Below, in pieces: positions 1-10,530 of a stretch of DNA of 64,000 bases. The translations under genes were made by a program, and so were the position numbers. The DNA is taken from contig OZ219753.1 of assembly GCA_964291315.2 (NCBI GenBank), forward strand, positions 1,632,001 to 1,696,000. Reading direction: 5' to 3'. Origin of the DNA: Candidatus Poribacteria bacterium (lineage in GTDB: Bacteria; Poribacteria; WGA-4E; WGA-3G). Below the pieces are notes generated by a model. The model searched no databases. It was not told the origin of the DNA and saw only the letters and a program-made list of their open reading frames with translations. The first letter of the stretch is position 1; every line of letters starts with the position of its first letter.

Positions 1-174
1 TCAACTTGTTAAATAGCAGATCAGATAGGCGCATTCAGAGCGGCAAAAAATCGCTTGTATAGACTAATTGAATGGCTTCAGTTAGCTAGTTCTGTTTTTT
101 AAGACAGCATCGGGCTAGTGTTTGATATTTTTGCCCTATAACCCTAGCTAATTTGATACTGATTGCATTTTGTC

Positions 175-204
175 TTGACATAATCTATTTTTGTATAGTA
201 TAAT
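175..204 (+). promoter_or_regulatory. sigma70-type promoter for HU gene
   Basis: TTGACA (175-180), 18-bp spacer, TATAAT (199-204) in an AT-rich region upstream of HU. Confidence 0.65.
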
Positions 205-299
205 ATAATTACTAATAGTTTTGTTAAATCCAATGTACACTTAAGCTGGGGAGACGTTCGGTCTTCTCACTTGGGTTGAAAATTAGAGGAATATCTAAC

Positions 300-584
300 A
301 TGGCAAAATTAATGAAGAACGATGTCGTTAGCAGTATTGTTGAGCAGACGGGTCTTACTAAGAAAGACGCGAATGCTGCTGTTGACGCTTTTACTGTGGT
401 TATTTGTGAAGCGTTGAGCAACGGTGATTCGGTTGGGCTGATCGGTTTTGGCACATTTGAGCCCAAAGAACGCCCCGCCCGCACAGGGCGTAATCCACAG
501 ACAGGTGAACCGCTCAGCATTCCTGCTAAGACAGTCCCTGTCTTTAAAGCTGGCAAGAAGCTTCGCGACGCTACTGGTTCCTAA
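300..584 (+). CDS. hup: HU family DNA-binding protein
   Basis: GFGTFE...R.GRNPQTGE...VPVFKAGK.LRD signature; ATG at 300 after AGAGGA RBS. Confidence 0.95.
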   Translation: MAKLMKNDVVSSIVEQTGLTKKDANAAVDAFTVVICEALSNGDSVGLIGFGTFEPKERPARTGRNPQTGEPLSIPAKTVPVFKAGKKLRDATGS

Positions 585-612
585 TATTAGCGGTTGTTTC
601 GCTCAATTTTGC

Positions 613-668
613 GGGAAAGCCGCGCGGTTATGTCCCTCCTCTGACTTGGGATATCCGCGGCTTTTCCC
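613..668 (+). terminator. long GC-rich stem-loop after hup
   Basis: GGGAAAGCCGCG...TATGTCCC pairs imperfectly with GGGATATCCGCGGCTTTTCCC. Confidence 0.45.
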
Positions 669-865
669 CGTTACATCTGTCAACTATCTCAACGGCTTCT
701 TATATAGCGGTCGCCCTCATAACATGCCTTAATATCGCCTCGCGGCTATTGCCCCAACTTTTTGTTTGCGTCATTCGTCATTTTTTACGAGGGCATGTGT
801 CCATTTTCCGTTTGCCAATTCTGTTGTAGACATGCTCGTTACAAACCAATGCAAGGAGACTCGTC

Positions 866-1915
866 ATGCTGATTCGATCGAGAGCTCCAGTCCGAATTGA
901 CTTTGCTGGAGGGTGGAGCGATGTAGCTCTTTTCACCGAGCATTCAAAAGGATTGGTGGTTAACGGAGCAATCAATCGATATGCCTACGCGACTCTCCGT
1001 TGTGAACCTCAAACAACACAGGATGATTTGGTTAAACTGCAGCGGGTTATAGATAAAAGTATTCGTATCTATTCTGCAGATTTTGATACTTTCATTGAGG
1101 CCGATGATGTCCGCCAACTCGAATATGATGGGAACATCGATTTGGTAAAAGCGGCGGTTCGGAGAATGTCTGTCCAGATCGGCGGGTTTGACCTGATCAC
1201 GCAATCGAACGCTCCTCCGGGTAGTGGATTAGGAACTTCGGCGGCAATGGGCGTTGCACTTGTCAGTGTCCTCGGCGCGCTGAAAGAATCAACGGCTCTG
1301 CCTTATGAATACGCCGAGCTTGCTAGCGCAATCGAGCGCCATGAGCTCGGCATACTCGGCGGAAAGCAGGACCATTACGCGAGCGCCTTGGGCGGTATCC
1401 AATTCATGGAATTTCAAGGTGAAGAGGTCAAAGCCTCCGCGCTGAAACTCCCCACCCACGTTCTGCATGAGCTCGAAAAAAACCTTGTACTCTGTTATAC
1501 CGGGAAATCGAGGCTCTCTGGTGACATCCATCAGAATGTGATAGATGCTTATAACAGCGCGGATCCAAGCGTCCGAGATGCATTAGAAACCCTCAAAGCC
1601 ACGGCTGATGCCACAAAGCGAGCGCTTATGCGTGGCAGACTCACCGACTTCGGCGAACTCCTCACTCAAAACTGGTTCAATCAGAAAAAACTGCATCCGT
1701 CTGTTACAAATGAACGGATTGAGAATCTGTTTAGAATCGCGACGACGCACGGGGCGATTGGCGGGAAAGCTTGTGGTGCCGGTGGCGGCGGATGTCTCCT
1801 GTTTTATTGCCAACCCACCCGCGAACACAGTGTGCATCAGAAACTTGAAGACGCCGGCGCACATGTTATAGATGTTAATTTTGATGCTGATGGACTTCAA
1901 ATGTGGAGGATTTAG
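866..1915 (+). CDS. GHMP kinase, D-glycero-alpha-D-manno-heptose-7-phosphate kinase (HddA)-like
   Basis: RAPVRIDFAGGWSD, PPGSGLGTS, GGKQDHY and GAGGGG motifs. Confidence 0.85.
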   Translation: MLIRSRAPVRIDFAGGWSDVALFTEHSKGLVVNGAINRYAYATLRCEPQTTQDDLVKLQRVIDKSIRIYSADFDTFIEADDVRQLEYDGNIDLVKAAVRRMSVQIGGFDLITQSNAPPGSGLGTSAAMGVALVSVLGALKESTALPYEYAELASAIERHELGILGGKQDHYASALGGIQFMEFQGEEVKASALKLPTHVLHELEKNLVLCYTGKSRLSGDIHQNVIDAYNSADPSVRDALETLKATADATKRALMRGRLTDFGELLTQNWFNQKKLHPSVTNERIENLFRIATTHGAIGGKACGAGGGGCLLFYCQPTREHSVHQKLEDAGAHVIDVNFDADGLQMWRI

Positions 1916-1935
1916 AGCTATTAAACCCAAAAAAT

Positions 1936-2952
1936 ATGAAAAATAGTATGCTAGCCCCGGAAGCCGCAACCGATATAGAGGTCGCTGAAACGTTAAAAAC
2001 GGCAAGAGAAAATATCCTAACCGAGCTCAAGAAACGCATTATTGGACAAAACGAAGTCATCGAGCAGCTCCTTATCGCCCTCTTTTCTCAGGGACACTGT
2101 TTACTCGTGGGGGTGCCGGGGCTCGCCAAAACACTTCTAATTAGCACCTTCGCACAGATTCTGAAGCTTCCTTTCAACCGTATCCAATTTACACCAGATC
2201 TGATGCCCTCTGACATCATCGGCACCGATATTATTGAGGAAGATGGAACGGGGAAACGATCCTTCCGCTTTATCCAGGGGCCTGTGTTTGCTAATATTGT
2301 TCTCGCCGATGAGATCAACCGCACGCCCCCCAAAACACAAGCCGCACTTTTACAAGCGATGCAAGAATATCAGGTCACCGCAGGCGGTAGAACGTATGCC
2401 CTGGAACGTCCTTTTTTTGTTTTAGCCACGCAAAACCCGATCGAACAAGAAGGGACCTACCCGCTCCCTGAGGCACAACTTGATCGGTTCATGTTTCATA
2501 TCACCCTCGATTATCCCGACAAAGATGCAGAAAAAGAAATTGTGCTAACGACAACAGCTGCTTATGAACCGGACATAGACGCGGTTATCACTGGCGAAGA
2601 GGTTTTACAAATACAGCAGGTCATCCGAAAAGTGCCTATTGCTGAGGCGGTTGTAGAGTACGCTGTGGAATTGAATCGACACACACGTCCTATTCCAGGA
2701 GCCCTTGATTTCGTTCAGGATTGGGTTCAATGGGGCGCAGGCCCGCGAGCATCACAATATCTTGTTCTCGGGGCAAAAGCACGCGCCCTGCTCAACGGAC
2801 GCTACCATGTCGCTTATGAGGATATTAAGGCTGTCGCGATTCCTGTGCTACGCCACCGAATTTTGACGAATTTCAATGCCGAGGCCGATGGTATCACGAG
2901 TTTGGACATTATCAATAGGTTATTGGAAAACGTCGAACCACCGGTGCAATGA
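1936..2952 (+). CDS. moxR: MoxR family AAA+ ATPase
   Basis: GVPGLAKT Walker A, RIQFTPDLMPSD, LADEINR, ATQNPIEQEGTYPLPEAQLDRF; start uncertain (1903/1936/1948). Confidence 0.92.
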   Translation: MKNSMLAPEAATDIEVAETLKTARENILTELKKRIIGQNEVIEQLLIALFSQGHCLLVGVPGLAKTLLISTFAQILKLPFNRIQFTPDLMPSDIIGTDIIEEDGTGKRSFRFIQGPVFANIVLADEINRTPPKTQAALLQAMQEYQVTAGGRTYALERPFFVLATQNPIEQEGTYPLPEAQLDRFMFHITLDYPDKDAEKEIVLTTTAAYEPDIDAVITGEEVLQIQQVIRKVPIAEAVVEYAVELNRHTRPIPGALDFVQDWVQWGAGPRASQYLVLGAKARALLNGRYHVAYEDIKAVAIPVLRHRILTNFNAEADGITSLDIINRLLENVEPPVQ

Positions 2953-3120
2953 ACCGGGGTTTTAGACAAAGTGATGCGTTCCAGGGAGAGTCTGAACCTG
3001 GACAATGGGCAAGCAAACCGTTTCAGTCAAACAGGGAGCCGATTCTCAAGCCCCGTATTGCGTCTAGGATGGGCCATTTCCTATTGCCGGTGGAGGCCGG
3101 TTTCATGGCATAGAAAAGAT

Positions 3121-4500
3121 ATGAAAATTGCAATTATAGGAACAGGATACGTCGGTTTGACTACGGCTGTCGTACTCGCCTACCTGAATCACGATGTAGC
3201 CGCAGTAGATAAGGACGAAAACAGACTCAACCGCTTGCTAGAAGGGAAAAGCCCCATTCATGAACCGGGCATTCAGAGACTTCTTGAAGATGTCCGACAC
3301 ACCCTTCGTTTTACGTCAAACGTCGCTGATGTGGTTCCCGATGCAGAACTAATCCTAATTGCTGTCGGGACACCCCAGAGAAAAAATGGTGAAGCCGACA
3401 CGCAGCATGTTGAACAGGCTGCAAGAGAGGTCGCCCACGTCTGTTTGCCCGATAGACACTATACGCTTGTCGTTAAGTCCACGGTTCCCATCGGCACAAA
3501 TCGGCGCGTTGCTAAGGTCGTCGATTCAGTTTTTTCGGCGCGCGGTATTCACGGGGATATCTCTGTGGCTTCAAACCCCGAGTTCTTACAAGAAGGATTA
3601 GCCTTACAAGGCGCATTGTACCCAGATCGGATTGTAGTCGGGGCAGATAGCGAGGAAGCCGTTGACACATTACGCCGTCTTTATAAACCGATTCTCGAAC
3701 AAACGTTCGATGCCCCGAGCGAATTTCCACGCCCGGCGGCTTACCATCTGCCACCGATGATGACAACGGATCCAAACAGCGCAGAGATGATTAAATACGC
3801 TGCGAACACGTTCCTCGCCCTTAAAATTAGTTTTATCAACGAAATTGCAGGGCTCTGTGAGGACGTAGGCGCCGATGTAACGGAGGTGGCACGCGGTATT
3901 GGGCTTGACGCTCGGATCGGCAACCGATTCCTTCAAGCCGGACTCGGCTGGGGCGGCAGCTGCTACCCAAAAGATACCGCGGCACTGTTAGGGGTCGCAT
4001 CTCAAGCAGGATACGCGATGCCGATCACGGAGGCTGTACGCACTGTTAATTTCCGACAGCGCGAACGTATCATTGAAAAATTGCGCACAGCGCTGCAGAC
4101 GCTCAACGGTAAGACTGTCGGTATCCTTGGACTCGCCTTCAAACCTAACACCGATGACGTTAGAGAAGCCCCCTCGCTCGACATTATTCGAGCACTCGTT
4201 TCTGAAGGCGCAACCGTCCGCGCACATGACCCCATCGCTATTGAAAATGCGCGCCGCGCTTTGAGGGGAAGAGGGTCACCGGTTAATTCCGCTCTACATT
4301 TCATCGAAGATATAGATAAACTCGCTTACGATGCAGATGCGTTAGTGCTTATCACCGAATGGGAACACTACCACAGGCTTCAACTCCGCAAACTTGCGAA
4401 ACAGATGCGGACCGCAATTCTCATCGACGGGCGCAACGTTTATTCTCCCAAGGAAGCGAGAGCTGCCGGTTTTTATTACATCGGAGTCGGTAGAATTTAA
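3121..4500 (+). CDS. ugd: UDP-glucose/GDP-mannose 6-dehydrogenase
   Basis: MKIAIIGTGYVG, SNPEFLQEG, GWGGSCYPKD, LAFKPNTDDVR; start taken at ATG 3121. Confidence 0.92.
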   Translation: MKIAIIGTGYVGLTTAVVLAYLNHDVAAVDKDENRLNRLLEGKSPIHEPGIQRLLEDVRHTLRFTSNVADVVPDAELILIAVGTPQRKNGEADTQHVEQAAREVAHVCLPDRHYTLVVKSTVPIGTNRRVAKVVDSVFSARGIHGDISVASNPEFLQEGLALQGALYPDRIVVGADSEEAVDTLRRLYKPILEQTFDAPSEFPRPAAYHLPPMMTTDPNSAEMIKYAANTFLALKISFINEIAGLCEDVGADVTEVARGIGLDARIGNRFLQAGLGWGGSCYPKDTAALLGVASQAGYAMPITEAVRTVNFRQRERIIEKLRTALQTLNGKTVGILGLAFKPNTDDVREAPSLDIIRALVSEGATVRAHDPIAIENARRALRGRGSPVNSALHFIEDIDKLAYDADALVLITEWEHYHRLQLRKLAKQMRTAILIDGRNVYSPKEARAAGFYYIGVGRI

Positions 4501-4521
4501 CACCCTACTGACGATATAGAC

Positions 4522-5085
4522 ATGTTTGAACAGCCCCAACCTCTCGATGCCAACTGGCCTCGATACTGTCCACAAAAGCCTTTTCCTCCGTATCGGCACA
4601 TACCCGGTACCACGCCGCATCCGATACGTGATCCGCGCGGTCACAGCTATGGGATCCAAGAATCCGATGACGCTGAGCTTCTCCCGCCAGAACTCTGGCA
4701 GCAAAATCCGGACTATCTCTACGGGGTAGACCTGTACAACTTTTCATATTGGTGGGAAGCCCATGAGGCGTGGGAAGGGTTGTGGCATCAAGCGGAAGAT
4801 GCTTACCGTCTCTTTCTCCAAGGGTTAATACAGGTTTCAGCGGCGTTAATTAAGCATCATATGCGCATGCTGCGCCCCCTGCGTACCCTTTCTACTGCCG
4901 GACGAGACAAGATCAGACAGGTTGTGGTTGAATCTGACAATGCGTTGGAAAGTTACATGGGGATCGACCTCCCGGCGTTCCTAGAAACCGCTGACGCGTT
5001 TTTCAGGCCCTTCTTCGCTGAGAGGGTCACAGAAGCCACGTATCAGCTGAACACCGTTAAGCCGCTGATACTGCTGACGAATTGA
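4522..5085 (+). CDS. DUF309 family protein
   Basis: GVDLYN..YWWEAHEAWEGLW...LQGLIQ pattern. Confidence 0.8.
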   Translation: MFEQPQPLDANWPRYCPQKPFPPYRHIPGTTPHPIRDPRGHSYGIQESDDAELLPPELWQQNPDYLYGVDLYNFSYWWEAHEAWEGLWHQAEDAYRLFLQGLIQVSAALIKHHMRMLRPLRTLSTAGRDKIRQVVVESDNALESYMGIDLPAFLETADAFFRPFFAERVTEATYQLNTVKPLILLTN

Positions 5086-5128
5086 TGTGCCTTAGCCGCC
5101 TCGCTATTTTTCTTCTGAGGAAAGCAAC

Positions 5129-5419
5129 ATGCCGACGTTTGGCCCTTTTCTCATCTTCAGTCTTTTCTGCTTTTTTCTAGTTTTGTTGCTGTTTGTGCTC
5201 TTGAAGATAGGGGCGTATTTTGGTAAGAGCGATGTTGATGAATTGCGTGCTGTGCGGTGTCCGCAATGTGAAACCCGAAGGAAACCTGAGAAGACGGGTG
5301 CTGTCAGAAATCTCGTTGAGCTTGAGATGCGCTGTCCGCGGTGTGGATACATCTCCTGGGATGTACCGCCGAAGACGAACCTTTCGGCACGCCCAACTGA
5401 GCGCACCAACATGCAGTGA
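5129..5419 (+). CDS. small membrane-anchored zinc-ribbon protein
   Basis: N-terminal hydrophobic helix, CPQC...CPRC; GAGGA RBS. Confidence 0.65.
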   Translation: MPTFGPFLIFSLFCFFLVLLLFVLLKIGAYFGKSDVDELRAVRCPQCETRRKPEKTGAVRNLVELEMRCPRCGYISWDVPPKTNLSARPTERTNMQ

Positions 5420-5553
5420 AGCCAGGTTACGCTACACTGCAAAGACGCAGTCAGTCTCATTGCACAACCGATCAGGTTATACTAAAAAACAGTGTTGAAA
5501 GCCATTCCCTTATCGTGTATAATGTGTGAAAACGAATGAATAGGAGAACGTCC

Positions 5554-8500
5554 ATGCTTCATCGAGAACAGATCCTTGAATATCTCAGAGCGGCTAACTT
5601 TAGCACCCTCTTCACCCAAGCACTCGGTTGGGATCACTACACACAGACACTGAATGTCAACGTAGACACCACCGAGTGGCACCTCTCCGCAGTCGCAGAG
5701 AAACGCGGCATGATCGTCTTTGAATGCCACGCAACAGACGCAGATGAACAACTCCCAAATTATGCGCTGCGCCGGAAGATCCAGCAGCAAGTCGCACGCT
5801 CTGCGCATGAGCATATTATCATCTACACGGATGCCGAGAGGACAACGCAGCTCTGGCAGTGGGTCAGACGAGAGCCGGGCAAGCCGGATGCGTGCCGAGA
5901 ACACCGGTATCACACGGCACAATCGGGGGAGTCGCTGATACAAAAGTTAGAGCCGATCGCCTTCAGTCTTGACGAAGAAGCCGAACTGACGCTCTCTGAT
6001 GTGACAGGGCGCGTCGGAAGTGCGTTCTATGCGGAGCGGGTGACCAAGAAGTTTTACGATCGCTTCAAGCGAGAGCAGACGGCGTTCTTATCCTTCCTCA
6101 CGGGCATCCCGGATGCCGAGGTGCAGCGCGCGTATGTCTCTATCCTGCTGAATCGGCTGATGTTCATCTATTTCATTCAGAAGAAGGGGTTCCTCAACAA
6201 TGACCCAGACTATCTGCGGCACACGTTGACGGAGACGCAAAAGAGTGGCAGCGACCGGTACTATAGAGCGTTTCTCTGTCCGCTGTTCTTTGAAGGGTTC
6301 GCAAAGCCGGAGGCGGAACGGAGCAGAGCTGTGGTCGGGCTCCTCGGGGATGTGCCGTATCTCAACGGCGGTATCTTTGAGCAGCACGCCATAGAGACAC
6401 ATCACGGGGAGCATATTCAGATCCCGGATGCGGCGTTTGAGCAGCTCTTCGGTTTCTTTGATGAGTATCAGTGGCATTTGGACGATCGCCCGTTGAAAAA
6501 CGACACGGAGATCAACCCGGATGTGCTGGGATATATCTTTGAGAAATACATCAATCAGAAGCAGATGGGTGCTTATTATACTAAGGAAGACATCACCGAG
6601 TATATCAGCAAAAACACGATTATTCCGTTCCTCTTTGATGCGGCGCGTCGGTCGTGTGAGATAGCGTTTGTGGCGGATGGTGCGGTGTGGCAGCTGCTGC
6701 GAGATGCCCCGGAGCGCTATATTTACCCGGCTGTGAGCAAAGGTGCTGTGTTAGAGCTGCCGTCTAACATCGCTGCAGGGGTTGCGGATGTCTCTAAGCG
6801 CACGGATTGGAACACCGTTGCACCTTCCGAGTATGCCTTGCCGACAGAGATATGGCGGGAAGTCGTTAGTAGGCGGCAACGCTACGAGACGCTGCGTGCG
6901 AAGCTGGTGAACGGAGACATCGAGAGCATCAACGATCTGATTACTTACAACCTGAATATCCGCCAGTTCGCACAAGATGTAATCGCAGGCTGTGAGGGTC
7001 CTGAGCTGCTGCGTGCGTTTTGGCAGGCGATCAGACACATCAGCATCCTGGATCCGACGTGTGGCTCGGGAGCGTTCTTGTTTGCTGCCGTGAATATCCT
7101 CGTGCCGCTCTATGAGGCGTGCCTCGACCGAATGCAAGCCTTCCTTGACGACGCAGGGGCCGGCCGGAGATACACCGACTTCCGAGAGACGCTTGATCGT
7201 ATAGAGCAGCATCCGAACAGAGCCTATTTTATCCTCAAGTCTATTGTGATAAATAACCTCTACGGTGTGGACATCATGGCGGAGGCGGTTGAAATCTGTA
7301 AGCTCCGGCTCTTTCTGAAGATGGTCTCACAGATTGAAGATGTGCGACAGATAGAACCGTTGCCGGACATCGACTTCAACATTCAGTCGGGAAATAGTCT
7401 CGTCGGGTTCTCAACGTATGATACGGTAGAGCGAGCGGTGACGGGCAAGCTGGACTTTGACGGCACGATGCGGCGGCTTCGGGAGAAGGCGGAGGATGTG
7501 GATGCGTTGTTCCAAGCGTTTCGCAGGCAACAGACGGCGTTAGGCGGGGTCGTGACGCGTGCGGATAAGCAGGCATTACAGAGCAGACTGGATACTTTAG
7601 AAGCCGAGTTGAACATCTATCTTGCGGGTGAGTATGGCGTGAACACTTCACATAATATAAGCGGGGGGGGTAATCACAGATTACCACAAATGGCTTGACA
7701 CGCATAAGCCCTTCCACTGGTTCATCGCTTTCTACGGCATACTCAAAGACGGGGGCTTTGATGTTATCATTGGAAACCCGCCTTATGTAGAATATAGCAA
7801 AGTCAAAAAGAATTACACAGTAAAGGGATACGAAACCGATAAGTGCGGCAACCTATATGCTTATGTGTTAGAACGCGCAGCATGCCTTAGCTCGGGAAGA
7901 GTAGGGTGGATCGTTCCGATTTCTTGGATTTCCACCAACAGAATGGATCCTGCTCGCCGTGTCGTTACTGAGGCACATCCGATGCTACACATAAACAATC
8001 ATGCGGATCGTCCAGCATCGTTGTTCAGTGGCGTGCACCAAAAACTTACTATTGTATTGGGTGCCAAAGATCGGCGCGCCATTCACACCACTGAATTTTG
8101 TCGTTGCTACTCTCAAAAAGGGGAAAACGAACATCTATTTAGCACCCTTACGTATCACCTATTGGACTGGGACGGCGGTGTCATACGGAAATTCTCACAT
8201 GATATAGAAGCGGATATATTCCGAAAAATCGCCCAACAATCCAGCCCCATAACTGCGTTCATATCTACTCAACGGACGAACAACGCTCGCCCATTTTACC
8301 TCAATCATAGACTGATGATGTGGGTAAAGTGTTTTCTGGCCCCCAAGAAATCAAGTGAATACAAAACCTACCATCCTACTGCGGAATTCTTGGCTGAAGA
8401 GTTGTCTGCCGTTTTCAATTCTACTCTGTTCTTCTGGTTTTGGGAGACAAAGGGAGATTGTTGGCATTTGACTAAAGGGGATATGGACAATTTTCATATT

Positions 8501-8752
8501 GACCTTGATCAATTCTCTGATACCAACCGGAAATCTCTCATCCAATTAGGCAAAACCCTAGAGCTACATTTGGAGGAGAACAAGGAATATGTCGGCACGA
8601 AACAGACAGATTACGCGTACTATCATAGAAAATCCAAGCACATTATAGACGAAATAGACCGTGTGCTTGCCAAACACTACGGTTTTACAGCGGAAGAGTT
8701 AGACTTCATCATCAACTATGCGATCAAATATCGGATTGGTTTGAGGGATTGA
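5554..8752 (+). pseudogene. Eco57I-like N6-adenine methyltransferase/RM protein split by a +1 frameshift at G8 (7663-7670); possibly phase-variable
   Basis: Motif I ILDPTCGSGAF lies in ORF 5536-7698; KPFHWF...GGFDVIIGNPPYVEY lies in the next frame from 7682 and runs without a stop into ORF 7865-8752. Confidence 0.85.
7663..7670 (+). repeat. G8 homopolymer at frameshift site
   Basis: ataagc GGGGGGGG taatc; G7 or G10 would restore the frame. Confidence 0.9.
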
Positions 8753-8925
8753 CGTAGCGGAGCTACGTTCTCCGGTTTATTCGTGCCAAGCCACATCAAT
8801 AAGCGCTTTGCCGATGCACAGGGGTGGTATCGCTGTTGTTTGGCTGTTTTGCATGTGCGTATACGCTTATTTTGGCTTGACACTAGGGTGCTGATATGGT
8901 TAACTATGCTAAAAGGAGACCGCCG

Positions 8926-9351
8926 ATGAAACCTATTCTTGCATTGATACTCTTGTGTGCATTCGGATTGCCAGCGTTTGCGGAGTTAACAGATATCGAT
9001 GTTGACAAAATCCGCCTGCTTATCAATGAAGAACTCAAAGAAGAACTCAAACCGATAAAAGCGGACATCGGGATGCTAAAGACCGAGGCGGCGGTAATCC
9101 GAACAGAAATCCAGCATCTGAAAGCGGTTATCGCAAACAGCTTGGAAGCGAATCAAAAGAACTTTGATCGGCAAAACAAGATTATTATTGCGTGCATCGG
9201 TATTCCGTTGGCGATTCTCGCTATCGGTGGGACGGTGTGGGGCATCTTAGCAAACAGAAGGATCCGCAAGGATCAGACCCTCGAGAGGCAGGTTCAGACG
9301 CTTACAGAAGAACTCGAAGCCATGAAACGGCAACAGATCGTCCGCCCCTAA
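8926..9351 (+). CDS. signal peptide + coiled coil + C-terminal TM protein (copy 1)
   Basis: MKPILALILLCAFGLPAFA signal; heptads; TM IIIACIGIPLAILAIGGTVWGIL; AAGGAG RBS. Confidence 0.8.
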   Translation: MKPILALILLCAFGLPAFAELTDIDVDKIRLLINEELKEELKPIKADIGMLKTEAAVIRTEIQHLKAVIANSLEANQKNFDRQNKIIIACIGIPLAILAIGGTVWGILANRRIRKDQTLERQVQTLTEELEAMKRQQIVRP

Positions 9352-9493
9352 CGGTTGCATTCTACGGGCTTCGGCAACGGCCAGCGTTGGTATCGCTGCT
9401 GTTTGGCTGCTTTGTGTGTTGGTTGGTATACGTTTATTTCGGCTTGACACTAGGGTGCTGATATGGTTAACTATTTGTAAAAGGAGACCGCCG

Positions 9494-9994
9494 ATGAAAC
9501 CTATTCTTGCATTGATACTCTTGTGTGCCTTCGCCTTGCCAGCGTTTACGGAGTTAACAGATACCGATGTTGACAAAATCCGCCTGCTTATCAATGAAGA
9601 ACTCAAACCGATAAAAGCGGACATCGAGGAGCTAAAGGCGGATGTCGAGACGCTAAAGACCGAGGCGGCGGTAGTCCGAACAGAAATCCAACATCTGAAA
9701 GGGACTCTCAAGATCGGTTTGGAAACGAATCAAAAGAACTTTGACAGCAAGTTTGAGAGTCTCGAGAAGAACTTTGACAGTAGATTTGAGAGTCTTGAGG
9801 ATAACTTTGATCGGCAAAATAACATTATTATTGCGTGCATCGGTATCCCGTTGGCGATACTCGCTATCGGTGGGACGGTGTGGGGCATCTTAGCAAACAG
9901 AAGGATCCGCAAAGACCAAACTCTCGAGAGGCAGGTTCAGACGCTCACAGAAGAACTCGAAGCCATGAAACGGCAACAGATCGTCCGCCCCTGA
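9494..9994 (+). CDS. signal peptide + coiled coil + C-terminal TM protein (copy 2, longer stalk)
   Basis: Near-identical to copy 1, with extra heptad and 11-aa repeats. Confidence 0.8.
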   Translation: MKPILALILLCAFALPAFTELTDTDVDKIRLLINEELKPIKADIEELKADVETLKTEAAVVRTEIQHLKGTLKIGLETNQKNFDSKFESLEKNFDSRFESLEDNFDRQNNIIIACIGIPLAILAIGGTVWGILANRRIRKDQTLERQVQTLTEELEAMKRQQIVRP

Positions 9995-10068
9995 GAGCCT
10001 TTGTTTCCGCGCTTTCCCCGCTACCTCAAATCAACTGCGACACCGTGTGATAAGTGGTTTGGTGTCTT

Positions 10069-10428
10069 TCATCTGCGTTTGAATCTAGTTTTTGCTCCCG
10101 CCCTGGGTTTAGGATAAAACTTGCGTTGTCTGTTTTCTTGAGACTTACGTTTTTCCGTAGCGGTGCCTCTCTTTCGACTTTTTGGGGGCCGCGTATGGAC
10201 TGCCTGATGACATGTGCGACACAGTGCAGTCAAATCTGACCTCCGTTCATTGTAGATGCGCTTGTAGGTTTCGTGATGTACTTCTGTGGCGCGCGCGTTA
10301 CACCGGCGGCACCGGAACCCAGCGGTTTGTAAAACAGATTTTCGCTTTGCTTTCCATGTATCTGATTTTAGATACCGACGGTAGCGCTCCTGCGCTTTCT
10401 TCCCCCAATACTTTTGTGCCCATTCCAT
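10069..10428 (-). CDS. HNH endonuclease
   Basis: YLKSDTWKAKR...CRRC...EVHHETY...LTALCRTCH. Confidence 0.85.
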   Translation of the reverse strand: MEWAQKYWGKKAQERYRRYLKSDTWKAKRKSVLQTAGFRCRRCNARATEVHHETYKRIYNERRSDLTALCRTCHQAVHTRPPKSRKRGTATEKRKSQENRQRKFYPKPRAGAKTRFKRR

Positions 10429-10530
10429 TTGATACTACTTCATAAAAACTTCCCCTTGAGAATCGCCGCCAATTTCTAGCTGCTTTTCAATACTTTGCCG
10501 AATAGCCGTCGGCGTGCGGAGAGTGCTAGA

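Larger units (their letters stand above)
8825..9994 (+). repeat. tandem duplication including ~100 bp of upstream sequence
   Basis: tggtatcgctg...cttgacactagggtgctgatatggttaactat...aaaaggagaccgccgATG at both ~8825 and ~9388. Confidence 0.9.

Noticed and set aside
2953-3120. N-terminal extension of Ugd or a MITE in this gap
   Set aside because: The canonical Rossmann start is at 3121; terminal inverted similarity is weak and no second copy was seen
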